Assembly (NCBI GenBank): GCA_015060735.1
Contig: SUXX01000005.1
Location: 19,089-83,088, forward strand
DNA from: Bacteroides sp.
Lineage (GTDB): Bacteria; Bacteroidota; Bacteroidia; Bacteroidales; Bacteroidaceae
DNA: 64,000 bases
Direction of reading: 5' to 3'
In this document: piece after piece, positions 40,257 to 47,595 of the stretch
How positions within the stretch are numbered: position 1 is the first letter of the stretch
Layout: the number at the start of each line of letters is the position of its first letter
Translations under genes and position numbers: made by a program
Notes under the pieces: generated by a model
The model's input: the letters and a program-made list of their open reading frames with translations, nothing else
Told to the model about the DNA's origin: nothing
Database searches by the model: none

Positions 40257-40697
40257 ATGCAACTATCAACCGAAGAATACCTGACCCTTCAAGGCACCAT
40301 GAGCCGTAAGGATGTGGATAATGCCTTGCTACAGAAGGAGATAGAACGTCTGACGGACGAGGTAAGACGCCTCACCGAGGAGAACGAACGGTTACGTGTC
40401 CGTCCGGCCGACGCATCGCCCCAACCCACCGAACGTCCCGGCTACGTGCTGCTCAGTATCGAGGCCATCTGTAAGCTCTTCCGAAGCCTTCGGAACGTAG
40501 AGCTTGTATCGTTTCTTTACTTTGTATTCAGCAAAATCCTGCCTCCCGATGCCATGAAGCTGATAACCGATGCCGCCTCGCTGGAGGCAAGTCCCACACT
40601 GAGCATCACCGCCGAGGGCGATGTGAACGTGGACAAGCTGGTGAATCACGGCACGATGATAAGCTCCGAACAAATCGACTCGCTGAAGCTGAACTGA
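40257..40697 (+). CDS. Hypothetical protein (coiled coil, hydrophobic helix, beta-prone C-terminal motif)
   Basis: 146 aa from ATG 40257; heptads LQKEIERLTDEVRRLTEENERL; C-terminal ITAEGDVNVDKLVNHGTMI. Confidence 0.75.
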   Translation: MQLSTEEYLTLQGTMSRKDVDNALLQKEIERLTDEVRRLTEENERLRVRPADASPQPTERPGYVLLSIEAICKLFRSLRNVELVSFLYFVFSKILPPDAMKLITDAASLEASPTLSITAEGDVNVDKLVNHGTMISSEQIDSLKLN

Positions 40698-40734
40698 ATC
40701 GCTATACCACTCATTTTTTAATCTGAATCAACCC

Positions 40735-41325
40735 ATGAAAATAGAAACATTCATCAACCACGGAACCATGATCGAAATAACCGGCAACGACACCGTGAAC
40801 CTGTACGTGGACAAGGGTCAGGTGCGGATGGCCGACCAGCCTGCCGAAGCACCCTCGGTCGAAGCCCCCACGGAGGAAAAAAAGTCAGTCGAAAATAAGC
40901 CTGCCGAGCCTACTCCCGACGAGCAGTTGGCGGCTCTGATGAACGGCTTTACGCCCCAGCAGTTGGCGTCGAGTGGCATCCGCTGTCAGCCCCGTGTGGC
41001 GTTGGGGATGATGGCTCTGATGCAGCCGCAGTGCAAGCAGAAGGTAGACTGGATGTCGTTCTACAGCGTGCTGCTCCGCCGCCGTTGGGTCGATGAGAAT
41101 GTGCGTGCGTGGTGCCGCATGGTGGAGGGGCAGTTCGGCGTCACGCTCGACCCTCGCACGATGTCTACCGACCTGGTGAAGCAGGGTGGTTCCGACTACA
41201 CGCTTTGGACGGAGGCCGACCGTCGCATCGTCCGCCGCAAGCAGCTGGCTGCTGATTTCGACCGCCGCCTTACGGAGTATTTCGAACGGGGACGGGCGGA
41301 GGTGATGAGGGAGATTGTGGGGTGA
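40735..41325 (+). CDS. Hypothetical protein (beta-prone N-terminal motif, P/E/A linker, helical domain)
   Basis: 196 aa; N-terminal FINHGTMIEITGNDTVNL; low-complexity linker. Confidence 0.75.
   Translation: MKIETFINHGTMIEITGNDTVNLYVDKGQVRMADQPAEAPSVEAPTEEKKSVENKPAEPTPDEQLAALMNGFTPQQLASSGIRCQPRVALGMMALMQPQCKQKVDWMSFYSVLLRRRWVDENVRAWCRMVEGQFGVTLDPRTMSTDLVKQGGSDYTLWTEADRRIVRRKQLAADFDRRLTEYFERGRAEVMREIVG
41237..41295 (+). repeat. Left 59-bp direct repeat flanking the RM cassette
   Basis: 56/59 identical to 44861-44919. Confidence 0.9.
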
Positions 41326-41418
41326 GAAACTACATTTCAGGAAAAATAATTGGCGGATTAAAACTTTGTTAGTAGCTTTGCTTACCGATAATCATAGAAA
41401 AACTTCAAAATTGAACCA

Positions 41419-42291
41419 ATGAAAGCGAAACCATTTGTCAAATGGGTGGGCGGAAAGACGCAACTCATTGACCAACTCGAAGCGATGCTTCCAGCTGACT
41501 TTGACCAATGGGAGAATGTCACTTACATTGAACCCTTCGTGGGCGGAGGAGCAATGCTCTTCCACATGTTACAAAGGCACTCTAACATCCGGTCGGCAGT
41601 CATTAATGATATCAACGCAGATTTGACTACTTGTTATAAAGTGGTAAAGCAGTTTCCACAACTTTTGGTTGAATCTCTTAGCCAGATTCAGAAAGAATAT
41701 TATTCCCTTCGTTCGGAAGATAGTCGGAAAGAGTTCTTTATGCTGATGCGTGCTGAATTTAATACAAAAGCACTTGACCCGATACGCAATACAACTTTGT
41801 TCTTTTTCTTGAACCGCACATGCTTCAACGGATTGTACCGAGTGAACAAGTCGGGTCTTTTCAATGTCCCTTTTGGGCGTTATGAAACACCAACCATTTG
41901 CGATGCAAATACCATTTATGCAGATAGCGAATTGTTGCAAAGGGTTGAAATCCTGACAGGAGACTATACCCAAACATTGGAACAAGCAGCAGGCAATACA
42001 TTTTTTTATTTTGACCCTCCCTACAGACCTTTGAATGATACAAGTAGTTTTAATGATTACACAAAAGAATCATTCAATGATATGGCACAACAACGGTTGA
42101 AGGCTTTTTGTGACCAAGTACAAGCGGCTGGGCATCGGTTTATGCTGAGTAATTCCGATTGTAAGGATGGCTTTTTTGATGACCTATATATGCAATATCA
42201 AATTATTCGTGTTTGGGCATCAAGAAGTGTCAATGCCAATCCTAAAAAACGAGGAAAACTAACCGAATTATTAATTAGAAATTATGCATGA
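41419..42291 (+). CDS. Dam/DpnM-type DNA adenine methyltransferase (GATC predicted)
   Basis: KWVGGK, EPFVGGG, LNRTCFNGLYRVN, DPPY. Confidence 0.93.
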   Translation: MKAKPFVKWVGGKTQLIDQLEAMLPADFDQWENVTYIEPFVGGGAMLFHMLQRHSNIRSAVINDINADLTTCYKVVKQFPQLLVESLSQIQKEYYSLRSEDSRKEFFMLMRAEFNTKALDPIRNTTLFFFLNRTCFNGLYRVNKSGLFNVPFGRYETPTICDANTIYADSELLQRVEILTGDYTQTLEQAAGNTFFYFDPPYRPLNDTSSFNDYTKESFNDMAQQRLKAFCDQVQAAGHRFMLSNSDCKDGFFDDLYMQYQIIRVWASRSVNANPKKRGKLTELLIRNYA

Positions 42292-43124
42292 TAATGGCGG
42301 CACACACACCACAAGAGTTTATGACATTCATGTCACAACTTAAAGAAACGAATCAAACATTGGATTTCTTTTGCGACTTCGGCAAGATAAACGACAATGT
42401 TGAAAATATTAAACTTAGTCTTTGTATGCTAAATTGTTTGATAGGTTCTACAAACTTGCGTGCTTCTGTCGAAACGATTTGGAATCGGGATAGAACAGCA
42501 TTTAATGTAATGGATATTTTGATTGCTGTTCGCAGTGAGGGCAAAAAGAAAGTGTTGAATGCATTGGGTGAAAGCATCGTACTTGATACATTGTTTAATT
42601 CTGTAGATGGAGTAATGGAATTTTTGACAGATACGGGATTAGCCGATGTCTTCCAGACTCGGAAAATTACTAATTTGGTTGATTATGTATTTGGTGTTGA
42701 AACAGGTCTTGATTCTAATGCCCGGAAAAATCGTAGTGGTCATGTGATGGAGGATGTAATAGCAAATTTGTTCGCGGAAAATGAAGTCAGTTATCGTACC
42801 GAAGTGTATTCCAGCGAATGGCCGGCACTGGCACAAGCATTGGGTGAAGATGAAAAGCGTTTTGACTTTGTTGTCGAAACATCCCAGAAAACATATTTGA
42901 TTGAGGTGAACTTCTATTCTGGCGGTGGCTCAAAACTTAATGAGGTAGCTCGTGCATACTCTGAGATTGCACCTAAAATCAATGCTGTTGACGGATTTGA
43001 ATTTGTTTGGATTACTGATGGCATCGGCTGGAAATCTGCAAAAAATAAACTGCAAGAGGCATTCAATATTATTCCCAATATTTACAACTTGACTTCAATA
43101 GAAGATTTTGTAAAAAATATATAG
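42288..43124 (+). CDS. DpnII/MboI-family type II restriction endonuclease
   Basis: DYVFGVETGLDSNARKNRSG, KRFDFV, IEVNFYSGGGSKLNE, FVWITDG.GW. Confidence 0.93.
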   Translation: MIMAAHTPQEFMTFMSQLKETNQTLDFFCDFGKINDNVENIKLSLCMLNCLIGSTNLRASVETIWNRDRTAFNVMDILIAVRSEGKKKVLNALGESIVLDTLFNSVDGVMEFLTDTGLADVFQTRKITNLVDYVFGVETGLDSNARKNRSGHVMEDVIANLFAENEVSYRTEVYSSEWPALAQALGEDEKRFDFVVETSQKTYLIEVNFYSGGGSKLNEVARAYSEIAPKINAVDGFEFVWITDGIGWKSAKNKLQEAFNIIPNIYNLTSIEDFVKNI

Positions 43125-43128
43125 CATA

Positions 43129-43656
43129 ATGGCTCGTAAAAATATTTACACACATTCAATAGATTTACAAGATATTTCCATATCCAATATGGAACGGAAT
43201 TTGTTTGCACAGCATATTGTGGATTTGCCATACAGAGGGTATGAAGTAGAACAGTGCAGGAATGGTCTGAAAATAGTAGTCACAAAGCCTGGCGGAAAAA
43301 CTGTTTATGGAGCATTGAAAAGAGAAGATATTTTGGTCTTTATACAAAATCCGGTCAACAATACGTTATGGCAAATATCACACAAGCAAATTTTGGAAGA
43401 TATTATTCAGAAGTTGAATGAAAATCCCCAAGAATGCAAGAAGCTATTGTGGCTATTGGAAAGAACACTAAATGGTGAAGAACCCAATGACTTTATAGAT
43501 GAAATTTCAGAGTTGAATTTTGTAAGTGGAGAACACCCTGAAGTCTTAATCAAAGCATATAAATGGATTTGGGGGCAAGAAGACGTTAATTATCCAAACG
43601 GGGATGGAAGATATATGTCATGGCAACCATATAAAGAATTGCTGGAAAGTTTATGA
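43129..43656 (+). CDS. Uncharacterised protein embedded in the RM operon
   Basis: 175 aa, 4 nt after the REase stop and ATGA-coupled to the second MTase; motif YKWIWGQEDVNYP..GR. Confidence 0.75.
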   Translation: MARKNIYTHSIDLQDISISNMERNLFAQHIVDLPYRGYEVEQCRNGLKIVVTKPGGKTVYGALKREDILVFIQNPVNNTLWQISHKQILEDIIQKLNENPQECKKLLWLLERTLNGEEPNDFIDEISELNFVSGEHPEVLIKAYKWIWGQEDVNYPNGDGRYMSWQPYKELLESL

Positions 43657-44843
43657 CTCCTGTTTTAAAATCCGTCAATACAGATTTCACCCTCTATCAT
43701 GGTGATTGTATGCAAGTTATCGGACAGCTTCCCGATAATTCGTTGGATGCCATCTTTGCAGATCCGCCATACTTTTTGAGTAATGGCGGTATCAGTGTGC
43801 AAAGTGGTAAGCAAGTTTGTGTGGACAAAGGAGATTGGGACAAAGGAGGAACTCCCGAACATATTTACCAATTCAACAAAGAATGGCTTTCGTTATGTCG
43901 CCCAAAACTTAAAGATAATGGTACGATTTGGATTTCGGGTACGCATCATAACATCTTTGTCGTGCAACGCTGCTTGCAAGAATTGGGCTACAAGATATTG
44001 AATGTCATAACATGGCAAAAATCAGATCCTCCACCCAATCTTTCTTGCCGATATTTCAATTTCTCGACAGAGTTGGTGATTTGGGCACGCAAGCATGCAA
44101 AGAAACCGCACAAGTTTAATTACGAAACGATGAAACTGCTCAATGGAGGTTCGCAGATGACCGATGTTTGGCGTATTCCTGCCGTAGGGATGTGGGAAAA
44201 AACTTGTGGAAAGCATCCTACTCAGAAACCCCTTCGGTTGCTCTATCGTATTTTGTTGGCTTCTACGAATGAAGGTGATACCGTTCTTGACCCGTTCGCT
44301 GGCAGTTGTACCACAGGTATTGCTGCCAATCTGCTTGGACGTAAGTTTATAGGCATTGAGCAAGAGGAAGAATTCATTGCATTGGCCCATAGTCGCCGCA
44401 AAATGTTGGATAACCCAGCCGAAGCACAAAAGTTGCTGAAAAGGATGCGTGAAACTCCCGAAGAAACAACCGTTCTGGTAAACCATGCCCGTCCGAAGGA
44501 TTATGAATTGATGTTAGAGAAAGGAATGTTATATCTTCGTGCAGGCGATAGTAAAGGTTCATTGCTCGTAAAGAAAGGTTTCGATAGATTAGGCTATGTC
44601 TTGTTGCATACGAATGGGGATAATGCACAATTATTTCCATTGTGGAAGAAGGGGTTTCAAATTTGGACAGCCGATGGTTTGCAGGCATTGGGATTTACAG
44701 CCGAAAATGCACCTTATTATGCTGTATTGAGGTTTGATTCCAAGAGTCCGATTATATACAATCATTCTGTAAATCTTAAACAACGAGCCTATACCCATGT
44801 GGCTAAAATACTTCCTCTGAGCGATTTTATAGATATCAAATAA
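43653..44843 (+). CDS. DpnA-type (beta-class N6/N4) DNA methyltransferase with C-terminal extension
   Basis: FADPPYFLS, KHPTQKP, VLDPFAGSCTTG; about 125 extra C-terminal residues. Confidence 0.92.
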   Translation: MTPVLKSVNTDFTLYHGDCMQVIGQLPDNSLDAIFADPPYFLSNGGISVQSGKQVCVDKGDWDKGGTPEHIYQFNKEWLSLCRPKLKDNGTIWISGTHHNIFVVQRCLQELGYKILNVITWQKSDPPPNLSCRYFNFSTELVIWARKHAKKPHKFNYETMKLLNGGSQMTDVWRIPAVGMWEKTCGKHPTQKPLRLLYRILLASTNEGDTVLDPFAGSCTTGIAANLLGRKFIGIEQEEEFIALAHSRRKMLDNPAEAQKLLKRMRETPEETTVLVNHARPKDYELMLEKGMLYLRAGDSKGSLLVKKGFDRLGYVLLHTNGDNAQLFPLWKKGFQIWTADGLQALGFTAENAPYYAVLRFDSKSPIIYNHSVNLKQRAYTHVAKILPLSDFIDIK

Positions 44844-44860
44844 ATACTATTTTCCGGAAA

Positions 44861-44949
44861 GCAAGCAGCTGGCTGCTGATTTCGACCGCCGCCTCACGAC
44901 GTATTTCGAACGGGGACGGAATGCGGTTTTGGAAGGGGTGAGGGAGTAG
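44861..44949 (+). pseudogene. Right direct repeat: orphan alternative 3' end of the 40735-41325 gene
   Basis: Reads KQLAADFDRRLTTYFERGRNAVLEGVRE* versus KQLAADFDRRLTEYFERGRAEVMREIVG*. Confidence 0.85.
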
Positions 44950-44951
44950 AA

Positions 44952-46010
44952 TCACTTCAAATACCCCTCATGCGAGTGATCGGTAAGCACTGTTGGGGCA
45001 TCGACATGCAGGTATGCGAAGTGCCCCATACCGCCTTCTTCGCCCACCTCGAGCACCTTGTTTACGGTGGTGGCATTCTCTTTGCGGTGAGCAGCGTGCA
45101 GGTTCATCACGCCCGAGTCGAAACGCTTGTCGCACTTGAAGACCACGTGCTTGGGTCCGCGGGTGGAGTACCAGAACGCAAAGCAGTTGTTGTAGTGACT
45201 GCCACTCTGCGTGATGCGGAAGGCTGTGGCAAACTCGTCGCTATAGCAGAAGTCGTACCAGTTGCAACCCGCTTCGTCCAGAAATCCGCAACTGGACTCG
45301 TAGTTGGGGTTCGCTTCGTGGTGGATGAACAGCGGGTGGATGTTGCGTAGCATGTTGGCTTGCGAACGCAGTTGGAAACCCACCTGCACGCTGGCAATAC
45401 GCATGTTGGTAAACGTGTTGTCGAAGCCCTCTACCAGTACGCCCACGCTCTCGGGACTGTTGTTGCCCACGATGTTCACGCCCGCGATGTCGCAGTCCGA
45501 CGAGCCGTTGTTGACGCCCCGCTTGATGTGGATGCCCACCAGTACATTCTTTATCGAAGTGTCGCGTATTACCGTCTCGCGTCCGCCGTCTATCGAGATG
45601 CCCTTGGCTACGCCACGTCCGTCGATGATACCCCCTTGCAGGTAGTAGTTGCTTCCCGGCAGGTAGATGTTGTTGGCCTCGTCCTTACCGCCCAAGCGTA
45701 CCAATGCCTCGTCGTGATTCCACCCTTCCGAAGCTTGTAGTATGGCGTAGTTCGAGAGTTCCAGAGCCACGCTCTTGGTAGGCTCGGCAGGCGTTACAAT
45801 GGGTTTGGAGAGGATGTAGACCCCGTCGGGGAAATAGATGGTGCGGTTAGGATTCGCGTCGATAATCTGTTGGATGGCATCGCTCACATCCTTGCCTGCA
45901 TGGGCAGAGAGATAGTCGGTTACCACTACATACCCTTTTTGGGGGCCCGATGCAAAGGCCGATAGCGTGAGTAGCATCGCGGTGAGGGTGATAAAAAGCT
46001 TGTTCTTCAT
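44952..46010 (-). CDS. Secreted right-handed beta-helix protein (pectate lyase-like / GH28-related)
   Basis: Signal peptide; DVSDAIQQIID...TIYFPDGVY; GGIIDGRG; repeated beta-helix turns. Confidence 0.75.
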   Translation of the reverse strand: MKNKLFITLTAMLLTLSAFASGPQKGYVVVTDYLSAHAGKDVSDAIQQIIDANPNRTIYFPDGVYILSKPIVTPAEPTKSVALELSNYAILQASEGWNHDEALVRLGGKDEANNIYLPGSNYYLQGGIIDGRGVAKGISIDGGRETVIRDTSIKNVLVGIHIKRGVNNGSSDCDIAGVNIVGNNSPESVGVLVEGFDNTFTNMRIASVQVGFQLRSQANMLRNIHPLFIHHEANPNYESSCGFLDEAGCNWYDFCYSDEFATAFRITQSGSHYNNCFAFWYSTRGPKHVVFKCDKRFDSGVMNLHAAHRKENATTVNKVLEVGEEGGMGHFAYLHVDAPTVLTDHSHEGYLK

Positions 46011-46289
46011 GATTCGTTTTGATTTAGTTTTAGTCTTTTCGGCAAAGGTATGATAAATCCCATACCATGCAAATTGGCTTGACAAGAATTAACACTACGC
46101 CCCACATTTTAAGAACTTCAGCTCACACGGCAGATACTTCGCGGCACACGCCCCACAACAAATTCCGAAACCGTTTTCCGCACCCTAACTTTGCTCCTGC
46201 AATCACGAAGAAACAGTGGTTGCAGGAGTTTTTTTTTGTCGACAAACCAACACTCCACGCAAGTATTAACACGTAAATAAAAAAGAACA

Positions 46290-47006
46290 ATGAAGAATCA
46301 GATTTTCAAGAATGCAGAGTTCGGACAAATCCGCACTTGCATGGTGAATGGTGAAACATATTTCGTAGGTAAGGATGTGGCTTCGGCTTTGGGATATACC
46401 AATCCACAAAAAGCAATTCGTGATCACATAGACGAAGAAGATAAGCTGGGTGAACGAATCGTTCAGTCAGGTCAAGCAAGGGAAACCATCGTCATCAACG
46501 AGTCCGGACTCTACGCACTCATCCTCTCGTCGAAGCTCGATTCGGCCAAGCGATTCAAGCGATGGGTTACCAGCGAAGTGCTTCCGGCCATCCGTCAGAA
46601 CGGACGATACGAACTGCAGCGACAGGCTCGGGTGCTGGAGAAACGCAATGCTCTGCTCGAAGAAATCAACGCCCAACAGAAGCCCCTCACGGACTATGCA
46701 CGCACCATCCTGAGCAGCACACAGACGGTCACCGTCACGCAGATAGCCCAGGACTACGGTTTCACGGCCATCCGCTTCAACGAACTGCTGTGCAACCTCC
46801 GCATCCAGCACAAGGTGGGCGGTCAGTGGATTCTCTACATGCCGTTTTTGAATAAAGGATATGTACAAAGTTTTTCGTCATACTTCGTCAGTCCCGATGG
46901 CGAGGTGCAGGTGAAACTCCATACGCGTTGGACACAGAGCGGACGCCTGTTCTTGTACGACGAACTGAAGAAAGCGGGGTTGCTGCCACTGATTGAGTTG
47001 AACTAA
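46290..47006 (+). CDS. Phage antirepressor (Bro-N plus KilAC/ANT)
   Basis: FVGKDVASALGY, INESGLYALILSS, FKRWVTSEVLPAIR, TQIAQDYG, TRWTQSGR. Confidence 0.92.
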   Translation: MKNQIFKNAEFGQIRTCMVNGETYFVGKDVASALGYTNPQKAIRDHIDEEDKLGERIVQSGQARETIVINESGLYALILSSKLDSAKRFKRWVTSEVLPAIRQNGRYELQRQARVLEKRNALLEEINAQQKPLTDYARTILSSTQTVTVTQIAQDYGFTAIRFNELLCNLRIQHKVGGQWILYMPFLNKGYVQSFSSYFVSPDGEVQVKLHTRWTQSGRLFLYDELKKAGLLPLIELN

Positions 47007-47282
47007 TCATTTGTCGTCGTAGTGGCCATAGGCGGAGAGGACAAGCACCACCACTTCCGTATCGAAGATACGATAGACCATCCGGTGCTTCTTGGTGATT
47101 TCACGGCTCCAACGCCCTTCGGGCTTACCCTTTAAGGGCTCGGGATGTCCGGTTCCCATAGACGGATGTTCTTTCAATTCTTCGATAAAACGCAGGGCTT
47201 TTTGATAGGCTTTCGGTTCGCTCTTAGCCAGCTTAGCCAATCCTTGAAGGGCTAAGTCCGTGAATCGGATTTCATACACCAT
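47007..47282 (-). CDS. Txe/YoeB family toxin
   Basis: GTGHPEPLK, WSREITKKHRMVY, SAYGHY. Confidence 0.92.
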   Translation of the reverse strand: MVYEIRFTDLALQGLAKLAKSEPKAYQKALRFIEELKEHPSMGTGHPEPLKGKPEGRWSREITKKHRMVYRIFDTEVVVLVLSAYGHYDDK

Positions 47283-47532
47283 AGCCGCATCGTTTTAGCA
47301 TATCGGTGACAGATTCACCTGGTTGTAATGTGGTGTAATTTCCTTGGTGGTAATCCTCTTCCGCCTTGTCAAGTTTCTCGAAGAATTCTTCCTTACTCAT
47401 CAGCGTAGGGTCGGCATTCTTCTCCTTCACGAGTTTACGGAGATACTTGGCCACACGAGACATCATATCCTCGCTTTCGGCCAGGATACTGAGGTTCTGA
47501 AAGATTTCAGCATTCAGTTTTGCAGTTGACAT
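47272..47532 (-). CDS. Putative antitoxin (86 aa)
   Basis: MSTAKLNAEIF...KEEFFEKLDKAEEDYHQG; upstream of and overlapping the toxin; real start is internal to the long ORF-track call. Confidence 0.75.
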   Translation of the reverse strand: MSTAKLNAEIFQNLSILAESEDMMSRVAKYLRKLVKEKNADPTLMSKEEFFEKLDKAEEDYHQGNYTTLQPGESVTDMLKRCGYGV

Positions 47533-47595
47533 AATCAATCGTTTTAGTTGGTTGCAACAAAGATAAAAATAATAATTCAATAAAACTATCAAAAA

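Noticed and set aside
41237..44919. DGR template/variable repeat pair
   Set aside because: Only 3 mismatches, not confined to adenines, and no reverse transcriptase in the window.
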